Below are positions 9,801 through 20,130 of a DNA stretch of 64,000 nt, in pieces; the stretch's first letter is position 1; each line of letters begins with the position of its first letter. The notes under the pieces were generated by a model that worked only from the letters and a program-made list of their open reading frames with translations, was not told the origin of the DNA and did no database searches. This DNA comes from an uncultured delta proteobacterium (GTDB taxonomy: Bacteria; Myxococcota_A; Polyangia; Polyangiales; Polyangiaceae), in NCBI GenBank assembly GCA_963806225.1, contig CAWDXG010000004.1, positions 2,784,001-2,848,000 on the forward strand. Reading direction: 5' to 3'. The translations under genes were made by a program, and so were the position numbers.

Positions 9801-10733
9801 TCAGCGTTCGGCGTGGAGCGCGACCTGGCGGATGGGCGGGCCCGGAACCGGCGTCCGCTTGACGAGCTCGTCGTGGAACGCCTGCCACTGGCTCTTGTCG
9901 AGCGTGGCCACGGCCGACTGGAAGCCGTTGTACGGCGTGCCCGCCATGGCGACCGGCGCAAAAGCGTCCAGCTTGCTGCGCCAGTCGGGGACCTGCGAGA
10001 GCACGAGAGCGGCCCGCACGGGATCCGCGATCAGCCTGCGGCAGAGCGCGGCTCCGACGCCGGTGTCGGAGAGCGGCGGGATCCGGAGTCTGGGCGGAGC
10101 GTCGTACTCGGCCGCCATGTGCTTCAGGACGATGGGGACCGCCACCTTGTTGGGTTCGCGGTTGCCCGCGGACAGGTGGTATTTCGCGTCGAGCTGCTTG
10201 ATTCCCTCGACCGGGTCGTCTTTGTGCTCGAACTTGCCGAGGGACTGCACGTAGTGGGACAGCGCGAAACGGTCCGCGGGCGACATCGTATCGAACGCCG
10301 GCATGGCCGTCCCCTGGATGCCTTCGCTGAGGGTCGTGTAGATGTCGGCGAGCGTGTATCCGCGCGTCCAGCCCTGCGGGCTCGCGAAGTTCCGCGGCGG
10401 GGGCTTCAGCGACGCGGCCGCAGGGCCGTCACCCTTGCCGGTTGCGCCGTGGCAGGCGCTGCAGCCCGCGTCGAACAGCTCCTTGCCATGGGCCAGCGCC
10501 TTCGGAGTCGCCTTGAACATCGCGGTGAGGTCGAGACCGGGCGTCCCCTTGCCCACCACGGTCGCGAAGATGGTGGGATCGGGCTCTGAGCGTGCCGGTG
10601 TTGTGGCCTGCCGGTACGAAAGCCGCCTGGAACCGTGCCCGCGTAGGAGTGCGCTCCCTGCGGCGATGGCGAGCGTGCCCGCCACGAGTACGCCGACCAG
10701 AACGGCAACGATTCTCTTCGAGTCCTCGGACAT
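9801..10733 (-). CDS. Membrane-anchored monoheme cytochrome c, last gene of the ACIII operon
   Basis: N-terminal TM helix, CSACHG, PPPRNF, GTAMPAF (distal Met), plus a ~130 aa C-terminal extension. Confidence 0.88.
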   Translation of the reverse strand: MSEDSKRIVAVLVGVLVAGTLAIAAGSALLRGHGSRRLSYRQATTPARSEPDPTIFATVVGKGTPGLDLTAMFKATPKALAHGKELFDAGCSACHGATGKGDGPAAASLKPPPRNFASPQGWTRGYTLADIYTTLSEGIQGTAMPAFDTMSPADRFALSHYVQSLGKFEHKDDPVEGIKQLDAKYHLSAGNREPNKVAVPIVLKHMAAEYDAPPRLRIPPLSDTGVGAALCRRLIADPVRAALVLSQVPDWRSKLDAFAPVAMAGTPYNGFQSAVATLDKSQWQAFHDELVKRTPVPGPPIRQVALHAER

Positions 10734-10744
10734 TTCCCGTTCCT

Positions 10745-11887
10745 TCATTGAAGATGGAAATCGAGCGCAGCGGCCAGGAACGGATCACCCACGGGCGTGT
10801 CTTCTCCCCTGGACATTGCCCGTCCCACCACGAGCAGACCTGCCGCAAGGAAGAAGATTGCGAACGTCAACTCGGGCCATCCCAGGTGGAGCCCCTTCCC
10901 GAGGATGGGCGAGATCAACCAGAAGACGTCGACGAAGCCCATGAAGACCACCCAGATGGCGACCCAGCGCAGTCGCTTCCAGTTCTTCTTGTTCTCCCGG
11001 GTCATCAGCGCAAAGAACGGCACGAAGAAGTGCCCGATGCCCAACAGGATGAAGACGGGCTGCATCGCGCCGCCCGTGCGCTGCCGGAACCAGAAGACCT
11101 CGGACGGCAGGTCCGCGTACCACTGGAGCAGATACTGCGAGAACGCGATATAGCCCCAGAAGACGGTGAACCCGAACAGGAGGCCGCCGAGGTTGTACAG
11201 GTGGTCGCCTGTGACGCCGGGAAGGCGTCCGCGGCGCTGGAGGTAGATGACAGCCAGAAGCGTCGCGCCAAGCGCGGACGTGGTCGCCCCCGCGAAGAGG
11301 TAGACCCCGAATATGTCGCTGTACCAGGTCGCTTCGAGGCTGGACACCCAGTCGAACGAGAAGTTCGTGATGGTCAGCGCGAGGACGATCATGAACACAG
11401 GCGCGTAGCGGCGGAGCTTGACGGTAATCGTCGGATCGCGCGCCACGTCCTGCTTCATCGACCCCCTGACGAGGATTGCGTAGGAAAGCACCCAGAGAGC
11501 AAGGCAGACCACCAGCCGGATGATGAAGAACGGATAGTTGAGCCAGTGAGCCTTGAGAACGAGCGGAGTGCTCGAAGCAGCGGCCGGCTGCGTCCACGAG
11601 AAGACGACGGGCAGGGAGAACAGGGCGAAGAGCCCCACCGGCACGAGCCAGAGCGTCAGGACGGCGATCCTCTCGGGAGCCCGACGCAGCACGACGCTCC
11701 AGGTGGCGCCGGTCAGATGCTGCAGGGCAACCAGGAACAGCGCCCCAAGCGCGAGGCACGCCATGAACACGAACCACACGAGCCAGTTCGTCCAGAAACG
11801 CGGTGCGCCTTCGAGGAAGTAGGTGGCCACGACGCCTACGGCGCCGAGGCCCGCCAATGCCCACAGAGTCAGTCTTGCGCGGTTCAT
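10745..11887 (-). CDS. actF: Alternative complex III subunit ActF
   Basis: Polytopic; GATWSVVLRR, FDWVSSLEATWYSDIFG, FWGYIAFSQYLLQWYADLPSE; operon position. Confidence 0.9.
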   Translation of the reverse strand: MNRARLTLWALAGLGAVGVVATYFLEGAPRFWTNWLVWFVFMACLALGALFLVALQHLTGATWSVVLRRAPERIAVLTLWLVPVGLFALFSLPVVFSWTQPAAASSTPLVLKAHWLNYPFFIIRLVVCLALWVLSYAILVRGSMKQDVARDPTITVKLRRYAPVFMIVLALTITNFSFDWVSSLEATWYSDIFGVYLFAGATTSALGATLLAVIYLQRRGRLPGVTGDHLYNLGGLLFGFTVFWGYIAFSQYLLQWYADLPSEVFWFRQRTGGAMQPVFILLGIGHFFVPFFALMTRENKKNWKRLRWVAIWVVFMGFVDVFWLISPILGKGLHLGWPELTFAIFFLAAGLLVVGRAMSRGEDTPVGDPFLAAALDFHLQ

Positions 11888-11889
11888 GG

Positions 11890-13101
11890 TCAGTTGGTGT
11901 GTAGAGAGGTGGTGGAGTTGTCGTGGGAGCTAGCGAAACGCTGCAGCGGCTTCGCGCTTCGTGAACGCGCGGCTAACTCATCCCTGGCCGGCGCGTCCTG
12001 CGATCGCTGGAGCGCCCTGACGTAGCGGACGATCGCCCAGCGGTCGTCCTGCGAGATGTCCGCGGCGTAGCCGGGCATCGTGTTGTACCCCTTCGAGATG
12101 ACCCAGTAGAGCAAGCCATCAGATGCGTTGCGCATCGTCGACGAGTGCAGATTGGCTGGCTTCGCCGTGTACTTCTTGTCGAGCCACGCGTTGCCCGTTC
12201 CGAGCTTGTCGTGGCACACGGCACAGTGCACGTTGAACATCCTCCTGCCGCGCGCGAGGACCTCCGCCGTGACCGGAAGCGGATCGACGAGCGCCTTCCC
12301 TCCCTCTTCGGGCGTCGTAGCGACGATGGGCATGTAGGCGCGGGCTACCGTACCGACCGGCGGACGCTGCATGCCCCGCCCACTCACGAAGAAACGGTCC
12401 GCCGCTTCCGGGCCTAGCCTGGGCTGGTCCGCCATCTCGACATACGGCTTGACGGTGGGAACGGTCCTCTCGGCCCAGGACACGCCGCCTCCCGCCACCA
12501 CGCACGCCGCCGCAATTCCGGCGACGGTCTTCGCCCACCAGCCGAATCCGACCTTCGGGTGGCTGGGCATCGGAATGGATTCGATGGCTTCGCCTCCCGC
12601 GGCGGCGAGCGCGGCGGCCGCAGCCGACGTGTCCAGCTCTCCGTCGAGCGGCAGGATCACCAGCGCGAAGCGGTCCCGGGAGATGTCGAGGCCGGCCTTG
12701 CTCCCGAGCACCGGGTCGCCGAAAAACGGTAGCTTGTTGAAGACGAACAGCGTGCCCAGGCCGGCCGTGAACGTCCCGAACAGGATGGTCGCCTCGAAGG
12801 CCACCGGAATCCAGCCCTGCCAGCCGTTGTACGGCTTGCCGGCCATATGGAGCGGGTAGCTGACGGTGCTGGTCCACCACTCGAAGGCGAGCGCCGAGAG
12901 CGCGCCCACCAGCGCCATGATGAACACCAGAACGCCGACCTTCGACTTTCCGAGACCCAGGGCCTCGTCCAGGCCGTGCACCGGGTAGGGCGTGTACGCC
13001 TCGAGGCTGGTGAAGCCATCGTCCTTGACCTTGGGGATCGCCTCCAGAAGCTCCTTGTCGCTCTGGAAGAGCCCCAGCACCCCGAACACCTGCTCACGCA
13101 T
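11890..13101 (-). CDS. actDE: ActD-ActE fusion (DUF3341 domain plus monoheme cytochrome c)
   Basis: N-half EAYTPYPVHGLDEALG, GKPY, PVAFEATILF (ActD); C-half MADQPR, PPVGTVAR, CAVCH, MPGYAADISQDDRWAIVRYVRALQ (ActE), all in one frame. Confidence 0.88.
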   Translation of the reverse strand: MREQVFGVLGLFQSDKELLEAIPKVKDDGFTSLEAYTPYPVHGLDEALGLGKSKVGVLVFIMALVGALSALAFEWWTSTVSYPLHMAGKPYNGWQGWIPVAFEATILFGTFTAGLGTLFVFNKLPFFGDPVLGSKAGLDISRDRFALVILPLDGELDTSAAAAALAAAGGEAIESIPMPSHPKVGFGWWAKTVAGIAAACVVAGGGVSWAERTVPTVKPYVEMADQPRLGPEAADRFFVSGRGMQRPPVGTVARAYMPIVATTPEEGGKALVDPLPVTAEVLARGRRMFNVHCAVCHDKLGTGNAWLDKKYTAKPANLHSSTMRNASDGLLYWVISKGYNTMPGYAADISQDDRWAIVRYVRALQRSQDAPARDELAARSRSAKPLQRFASSHDNSTTSLHTN

Positions 13102-14512
13102 GGCCGGCCTCCTGCTGCGCCTGCTCGCGGGCGATATCGGGCTTCACCTCCCAGGTCGCGATGATGGGCATCTTCCTCAGGAAGAACAGCAGCATCGTCA
13201 GGAACATGCCGATGGATCCGATCAGGATGGCGAAGTCGATCGGTGTCGGCAGATAGGTGCCCCACGTCGCCGGCACGAAGTCGTGGTGCAACGACAGGAT
13301 GATGATGGTGTAGCGCTCCATCCACATCCCCAGCGTCACGCCCGCGGACACCACCACCATGACCGGCACCGACCGGCGGAACTTCTTGACCCACAAGAGC
13401 TGGGGCAACAGAACGTTGAAGAAGATCGTGATGCAGCCCGCCCACCACTGATCGCCGAAGACGTAGTTGGCAAAGATGGAGCGCGTGAAGTGGTCGGAGC
13501 TGTACCAGGCCGTAAAGCCTTCCATGAGGTAGGCGTACCCCATGACGCAGGACAGGAAGAGGACCATCCTGTTCAGGAGATCCATGTGCCTGAGAGTGAT
13601 GTAGCTCTGCAGGTTCATGATCCTGCGTACGAACGCAAACACCAGCACGACGCCCGCGAACCCGGAGAAGGCAGCGCCCACGACGAAGTAGGGCGGGAAG
13701 ATCGTCATGTGCCAACCGGGCACGATCGACGAGGCGAAATCCATCGACACGATGCTGTGGACGCTGAGCGCGAGGGTCGTGGTTAGCCCGGCGAGGATCA
13801 GATAGGCCTTCTCGTAGTGAAGCCACTGCCGTGCTCTGCCCGCCCAGCCCAGGCTGAGCAGGTTGAACACCGCCCGCTTTACCCTGCTTTTCACCCTTCC
13901 GCGCAGGGAGGCGAAGTCGGGAATCAGGCCCAGGTACCAGAACAGCACCGACACGCTGAAGTACGTGACGACCGCACAGACATCCCAGATCAAAGGCGAG
14001 CGGAAGTTGACCCATATGTCCCGCTCGTTGGGGTACGGGAACAGCCAGTGCGGCAACCACGGCCGTCCGATGTGGATGGCCGGGAAGACCATGGCGCACA
14101 CGAACGCAAAGACCGTCACGGCTTCCGCGGTCCGGCAGATGGCGTTGCGCCATCGCTGGCGGAACAAGAGGAGGATCACCGAGATCAGCGTTCCGGCGTG
14201 GCCGATGCCGACCCAGAACACGAAGTTGATGATCAGAAAGCCCCAGACCACCGGCACGTTGTTTCCCATCGTGCCGATGCCCGTTGTCAGCATGTAGACG
14301 ATGGCGGCGACGCCGACCAGCGACATCAAGCTCGTGATGGTGATGGCGATGTACCAGGCCCTCGGCGGCTTGGCTTCGCTCAGTGCGCGGATGTGATCGT
14401 CCAGACCAGCGATGGAGGCGTCGGCACCGACCAGGGGCTCCGGGCGGAGAGCCGCCGGGAGCTCGGCCCCCGACGTTCGCGTCCAGGCGGGGGTCCTCAT
14501 GGCGTCGGTCAT
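13094..14512 (-). CDS. actC: Alternative complex III subunit ActC (NrfD family, quinol-binding)
   Basis: WGFLIINFVFWVGIGHAGTLIS, HIGRPW, NFRSPLIWD, SVHSIVSMDF, PGWHMTIFPPYFV. Confidence 0.95.
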   Translation of the reverse strand: MTDAMRTPAWTRTSGAELPAALRPEPLVGADASIAGLDDHIRALSEAKPPRAWYIAITITSLMSLVGVAAIVYMLTTGIGTMGNNVPVVWGFLIINFVFWVGIGHAGTLISVILLLFRQRWRNAICRTAEAVTVFAFVCAMVFPAIHIGRPWLPHWLFPYPNERDIWVNFRSPLIWDVCAVVTYFSVSVLFWYLGLIPDFASLRGRVKSRVKRAVFNLLSLGWAGRARQWLHYEKAYLILAGLTTTLALSVHSIVSMDFASSIVPGWHMTIFPPYFVVGAAFSGFAGVVLVFAFVRRIMNLQSYITLRHMDLLNRMVLFLSCVMGYAYLMEGFTAWYSSDHFTRSIFANYVFGDQWWAGCITIFFNVLLPQLLWVKKFRRSVPVMVVVSAGVTLGMWMERYTIIILSLHHDFVPATWGTYLPTPIDFAILIGSIGMFLTMLLFFLRKMPIIATWEVKPDIAREQAQQEAGHA

Positions 14513-14531
14513 CGTTCTCGTTCCTCCGCGT

Positions 14532-17475
14532 CTAGACAGGGTTCCTGATCTCGGTCAGATACGTGATCGAGGGCCGGATCCCGAGTTCCTCGAGGTACCT
14601 GGAACCGCGGTTGCTTCGGGAAAGCTTCGAGACGCGGCTGTCTGGATCCTCGAGATCACCGAACACGATGGCATCTGCGGGGCAGGCCACGGCGCACGCA
14701 GGACGGATCTCGCCGTCGCGGACCGGGCGCCCCTCGTCCTTGGCGACCTGCACGCCGTTGCGGATGCGCTGCACGCAGAACGTGCATTTCTCCATCACTC
14801 CACGCGGACGGACGGTGACCTCGGGATTGAAGGCGAGGTCGAGCGGTTCCTCGATGAAGCTCGTGTAGTCGAAGAAATTGAAGCGCCTCGACAGGTACGG
14901 GCAGTTCGCGGCGCAGTAACGGACGCCGATGCAGCGGTTGTAGATCTGCTCGTTCAGTCCGTCGTCGCTGTGCACCGTGGCAGCCACCGGGCACACCGAC
15001 TCGCAGGGCGCGTCGTCGCACTGCTGGCACAGACCGAGTGAGTGGGCTACCTGCGGATTTTCCGCCGAGCCCACGTAGTACACGTCACTATGGAGCCAGT
15101 GCATGGTTCTGCCCCGCGCCACCTGTTCGGGTCCCACCACTGCGACGTTGTTCTCGGACTGGCAGGCGATCTGGCAGGAAGCGCAGCCCGTGCAGGCGGA
15201 CAGGTCGATCGCCATGCCCCATTTGTGCTCGGGGAATTCCTGGGGCTTGTTCAGGGTCGGCAGCTTGCGCGCGTCCGGGGGCGGTGCGGCATTCTTCCGG
15301 TATTCGTCCAGAGACCACAGCCGCACGATGTCGCGGCCGTGCATGCCGAACTCGTTCTGCGTGCGCACCAGAGGCTGACGGCCGCCCAGTCTTGCGACGC
15401 GGACACCCGCCCGGAAGAACGGCGTCGAGCCGTCGTCCGCCACGAGCGGGAACACGTTGGCGCCGCGCCCTCCCGCGACCTTTCCTTCGCGGCCGTAGCC
15501 GAGCGCCGCAAACACCGTTCCAGCCGCCTGCCCAGGCTGCACGAGGACCGGCAGCCCAACGCGGCGGCTCCCCGCGCCGATCGACACCATGTCGCCGTCG
15601 GAGACGCCGAGTCTCCTCGCGTCGGCTCTGGAAACAGCCAGATAGTTTCCCCAGCATACCTTCGAGATGGGGTGCGGCAGCTCCTGCAGCCAGCCGATCT
15701 GGGCGTAGCGTCCGTCCCAGATCTTCGACGTCCGGCTCGATGACAAGCTCCATGGCCGAGGCACGCTTGGCGGCGGCCACCTTCGCGGCAGCATCGGAAA
15801 CGACACGCACGTCGAGCTGCCGCGCCGGGCGCGGCGCTGCGCTCAGGCGCAGGACCCCGTCGTGGACCGCCGCGACCCAGTACTGCTCGAAGCTCGCGAG
15901 GGTCCCCTCCGGATAGACCTCTCTCTGCCAGCGCGCCCTCAGGTACTTGCGGTAGTCCGTCTGGACCTGGAGAGAGCCGGGCAGCTTCTTCGCCCATCCG
16001 AGCAGGATCTCCTCGGTCTGGCGCGTCGGGTACAGAGGCCGGATCAGCGGCTGCTGGAGACCGAGCAGGTCCGTGGACGGCTCGAAGTCGTTCCAGCTCT
16101 CGAGCCAGTGGTTCACCGGCAGCACGACGTCGCACCTTCGCGTCGTCTCGTCCTCGAAGAGCGCGAGCGAAACCGTCAGGGGCACTCCGGCGAGGGCCGC
16201 GTTGAACGCGTCGGCGTCCGGGATGCCATACGACGGGTTCGTCTCGTGGAAGATGGCTGCGGCGTACTTCCCCGAACGGAGCTCGCGCGTGAGCTCTGCC
16301 ATCTCCACCGGCGTGGCCAGCGGCACTTCATCGACGGAAAACGCCGTCTCCACGGTGCGCCCTTCCGCGCCGAGCATGCTGTTCAGCAAGGCAACCGCCG
16401 CGTGGGCTTCCCGGGGCAGTGAAGGGCCCGCCAGGACGAGGCTCGCGTCCCCCGCACGGGCCAGGTCGTCGGCCAGCGACGACAGGACCGCTGGCTCCAC
16501 GTGGAAGCGCCTGGCGACTTCGGCGAGACAGAAACGCGCCAGCACGTCGGGCGGCAGGCCCTCGGGAAGCGCCCGTCCGTGCTTTTCGTGCAGGGCCCGC
16601 GCGACGGCGAACGCGATCTGGGCGGCGCCGGAAGGCCGGACCGGGACCCGCACGTCCGCCTTGCCACCCGTGACGCTCATGCCGCTCTCGAATGCGTAGA
16701 GCCGGCTCATGGGGTCGCCGGGCTTTGCCGGTCTGCGGTTCCCGGCAAAGCCCGCCGTCGCTTCGACCGGGTTGCCCATCGCTGCCAGGAAGTCCGCCTC
16801 GAAAGCCGCAATGACCTGGGCCCTGTCCAGGCGATACCGGGGCGTGAGCGCTTCCCCATAGAGCGCCTTCGCAGCCGCGCGATCCGCCAGGCCGAGCGCC
16901 GGCTCCCACGCCACGTGCTTCAGGCCGGGCAGCGCCTTCGCCAGATCCCGGATCACGGCGCGGCGCGTGGGAGAAATTGAAGCGGAAGTGAGGAACAGAA
17001 CGGGCTTCGAGTCGACCGCCGCCTCCCTGAGCACGGCGAGCGCGTGCTCTTCAGCTTCGTTCCAGCTGGCCGCCCGGCCGCGGAGGCGGGGCTCCCGCAG
17101 CCGCTCCGGGTGGTACAGGCTGATGATCTCGGCCTGGGCCCTCGCTGTCGTCTTCCCGTCGAAGAGCGGGTGCTCGTCGTTGCCGTCGATGTGGATGGGG
17201 CGTCCTTCCCGCGCTTTCACGAGAACGCCGTACGGAACGAGCCCCTCCTGGAACGTGCTGGCGTAGTAGTTGGCGACGCCGGGAATGATCTCGGTGGGCT
17301 TCTTCGTGTAGGGGACGATCGTGTCATCGGACGTGCCGGCAGCGGCCGTACCTCCGGCCACGGCGGCGGACGCCGCGACCAGGCTCAAAAAGCCCCGGCG
17401 CGAAACGGACTCCGTTCCGTCCGCGGGTTCACCGGCATCCGCCGGGAGATCAGGGTCCTTCTTCTGCCTACGCAT
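14532..17475 (-). CDS. actB: Alternative complex III subunit ActB (molybdopterin-oxidoreductase-like plus Fe-S domains), frameshifted at about 15730
   Basis: TAT motif SRRGFL, IVPYTKKP, EGRPIHIDGNDEHP in ORF 15088..17475; WLQELPHP and Fe-S motifs CTGCASCQIAC, CQQCDDAPCESVCP, CIGVRYCAANCP, KCTFC in ORF 14532..15806. Removing one base gives ELVIEPDVKIWDGRY. Confidence 0.9.
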
Positions 17476-17671
17476 GGCGCTTCACCGAAAAGGGCGCGGG
17501 TTCCACTCTGCGCGAGGGGCTAGTGCGCACACGCGTGCGACGCTCCGCGTCGCATTGGCGCTTCCGTGTCTTGTGCATCCAACGAAGACGCCCCGGAAAA
17601 GAAGCCCCCATGATGAGTGCACCCGCCGCTGCGGCCACGGCGATGACGCGCCGCCGGCTATCCACCTTCAT
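17468..17671 (-). CDS. Small 67-aa protein with a twin-arginine-like signal, between actA and actB
   Basis: GAGGAG RBS then MKVDSRRRVIAVAAAAGALIMG...EPAPFSVKRHA; 3' end overlaps the actB start. Confidence 0.6.
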   Translation of the reverse strand: MKVDSRRRVIAVAAAAGALIMGASFPGRLRWMHKTRKRQCDAERRTRVRTSPSRRVEPAPFSVKRHA

Positions 17672-17694
17672 ATCTCGACACTCCTCACGTGCGG

Positions 17695-18264
17695 TTACCG
17701 GTGACATGCAGAGCAATCCGTAGGCCCCTGCTTGATTGCGGAGCCGGAAGGTAGATAGCGCCGGGGATCCCGGTGGCACCCCAGGCACTGCCCCATGCGC
17801 ATGTTCATCACGCGCGTGAGCACGTCCATGTTCTGCACGCGGCCATGACACGTCTGGCACTGGATGCCGACATCCACGTGCGACCGGTGATCGAAGTACA
17901 CATAGTCGGGCAGGTGATAGACGCGCTTCCACGCCACGGGCGCGTCGGACTTCAACGGACCTGTCACGGCCTTCTCGATGGGCTTCTGGTCGGGCAGCGC
18001 GATGGACCGGTGGCAGTTCATGCAGGTCTGGACAGCGGGTAGGGTCGCGTCCCGGCTGCGATCCGCATTCGTGTGGCAGTACCCGCACGGCACCTTGTTC
18101 TTGCCGGCGTGCACGCGGTGCGAAAAAGGTATGGGCTGTTTGGGCGCGTAGCCGATCGCATAGCGGGCCGGCTCGACCGCCCACCCCACCACGACCATCG
18201 TGGTGACGACGGCGAACACGCCCAATGGCATCACCACATGCCAGAACCGATCGCGCGGATGCAT
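17695..18264 (-). CDS. actA: Alternative complex III subunit ActA, pentaheme cytochrome c
   Basis: N-terminal TM, QPIPFSHRVHAG, five CxxCH motifs (CGYCH, CMNCH, CQTCH, CLGCH, CSACH), LPDYVYFDH. Confidence 0.93.
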   Translation of the reverse strand: MHPRDRFWHVVMPLGVFAVVTTMVVVGWAVEPARYAIGYAPKQPIPFSHRVHAGKNKVPCGYCHTNADRSRDATLPAVQTCMNCHRSIALPDQKPIEKAVTGPLKSDAPVAWKRVYHLPDYVYFDHRSHVDVGIQCQTCHGRVQNMDVLTRVMNMRMGQCLGCHRDPRRYLPSGSAIKQGPTDCSACHR

Positions 18265-18350
18265 AGCTAGCTGGACCTCGACGAGGACGTAACGAGTTGG
18301 GCTGTTCCGGAAGCAAAGTCGCGCTTCCAGAGGAAAGCGCAGTTCTTACT

Positions 18351-18366
18351 TGCAGCGCGCATGCCA
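18351..18366 (-). promoter_or_regulatory. sigma54 -24/-12 promoter of the ACIII operon
   Basis: Minus strand TGGCATGCGCGCTGCA (GG-N10-GC), 87 bp upstream of the actA ATG. Confidence 0.65.
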
Positions 18367-18736
18367 CGATCCGAAGCGCGCAGTGCTTGCGGAGCAACTT
18401 GCGACGATCAAGCCCACAATTGCACTTCGGGCGCGTCGTCACGCCGACCGCGCCTCGAATGCGTCAAAAGGACGCGCCCGAAATCAACTCACGCAGCATG
18501 TGCGCGAAACGAGAGTCTGGTGGGCGTATATTCAGCCAATGTCGAGTTGCCGATGGGCAACACGAACCGTAGGGAAGCATCGAGCAGCCCTCACCAGCCG
18601 CCCGTCGGGTGCCCCGACACGAGGCGGTCGGCTTGTCGTAGAGAACGATCAAGACAGGAATGCACGGACCACCCGCCGCAACCTGGCGTTTCCGCCAGGC
18701 GGCGAGACACTGGGAATTCATGCTGCCGCGGCGCCT

Positions 18737-18779
18737 TGCAACCCGTCTGGAGAGCGCCAACGCGCGGGAGCGGGTTGCA
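18737..18779. terminator. Inverted repeat just downstream of the NtrC-like gene (terminator or activator site)
   Basis: TGCAACCCG...CGGGTTGCA perfect 9-bp arms; no clear U-tract. Confidence 0.35.
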
Positions 18780-18798
18780 GCCGCGCCAGTCTCTTGAT

Positions 18799-20130
18799 CT
18801 ATGTCCGGTACTTGGCGAGCTTGCGATACAGCGTGGTCGGGTCGATACCCAGCGACTCGGCCGCGCGGTCGCGGTTGCCGCCCATGGCGCTGAGCACGCC
18901 CGCGATGTGATCGCGTTCGAAGCGCGCGACGGCAGCCCGGAGCTCGATGGCGTCGGAGGCCATCGTACGGAGCTCGGCCGGCAGGTGATCCGGTTCGATG
19001 CAGTCGCCGGCCAGGATCGTCGCGCGCTCTACCAGGTTCGACAGCTCGCGTACGTTGCCCGGCCAGGCGTAGGTGAGCAGCAATCGCATAGCGGCATTGG
19101 ACACGCGCGGAGGCTTTCTGCCCAGGGCGAGCGCATGCTGCAGCACGAAGTGGAAGACCAGATCCGGGATGTCCTCGCGCCGCTCGCGCAGTGTCGGCAG
19201 CTTGATCTCGAACACGTTCAAGCGGAAGTACAGGTCCGCGCGGAACTGCCCTTCGTCCACCCGTTGCTTCAGATCGCGGTTCGTCGCGGTGATCAGCCGG
19301 AATTCCGCTGGCACCGGCCGCTCGGCCCCCACCGGCAGCACCTCGCGCGACTCGATGGCCCTGAGCAACTTGGCCTGCGACCCGAGTGGGAGATCCCCGA
19401 CCTCGTCGAGGAACACGGTGCCACCCCGGACGCTGCGCAGCACGCCATCGCGACGGCGATCCGCGCCCGTAAATGCGCCCTTCTCGTGGCCGAAGAGCTG
19501 TGCTTCTACCAAGTCCTCCGGGATCGCTGCCATGTTGACAGCGATCAGCTCGCGCTCCGAGAGGCTGGATCGCGCATGGATCGCCCGCGCAACGAGCTCC
19601 TTACCTGTTCCGCTTTCGCCCGTGACCAGCACGGACGACGGAGTGGGCGCCACCTTCTCGACCAGCTCGAAGACGCCGTGCATCGGCGGACTGCTCCCCA
19701 CAATCCCCTGGAAACCCAGGCGCCGGTGCAGGTCCCGCCGGAGCCGCAGCACTTCCTGGCGCAACGAGCTGAACTCCATCAGCTTCTTGAGCTTCGAGAG
19801 CACGTCCTCCGGCACGACCGGCTTGAACAAGTAGTCGTACGCGCCAAGGCGCAACGCCTCGATCGCCGAATCGACCGAAGCATAGGCGGTCACGACGATC
19901 ACGAAGGTTTCCGGACGTTCCGCGACGATACGACGCAGCAGCGTGATGCCGTCCATTTTCGGCATACGGATGTCGGCGATGACGACCGCAACGTCGGTTT
20001 CGAGGACCCGCGCCAGCGCAGCCTCGCCGTCGGGAGCGCCTTCGGCCTCGTATCCAGCCCGCCGCAGGAACTGGCAGAACGCGAGCCGCTGGGGTTCCTC
20101 GTCTTCGGCAACGAGCACCAGATCACTCAC
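18799..20130 (-). CDS. sigma54-dependent response regulator (NtrC family: REC-AAA+-Fis HTH)
   Basis: DIRMP receiver, GESGTGKE, LFGHEKGAFTGA, FLDEVG, WPGNVREL, TLYRKL. Confidence 0.96.
   Translation of the reverse strand: MSDLVLVAEDEEPQRLAFCQFLRRAGYEAEGAPDGEAALARVLETDVAVVIADIRMPKMDGITLLRRIVAERPETFVIVVTAYASVDSAIEALRLGAYDYLFKPVVPEDVLSKLKKLMEFSSLRQEVLRLRRDLHRRLGFQGIVGSSPPMHGVFELVEKVAPTPSSVLVTGESGTGKELVARAIHARSSLSERELIAVNMAAIPEDLVEAQLFGHEKGAFTGADRRRDGVLRSVRGGTVFLDEVGDLPLGSQAKLLRAIESREVLPVGAERPVPAEFRLITATNRDLKQRVDEGQFRADLYFRLNVFEIKLPTLRERREDIPDLVFHFVLQHALALGRKPPRVSNAAMRLLLTYAWPGNVRELSNLVERATILAGDCIEPDHLPAELRTMASDAIELRAAVARFERDHIAGVLSAMGGNRDRAAESLGIDPTTLYRKLAKYRT

Noticed and set aside
14532..15806. 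Naturally separate ActB2 Fe-S subunit
   Set aside because: The break falls inside the molybdopterin-like domain and the downstream ORF has no credible start.
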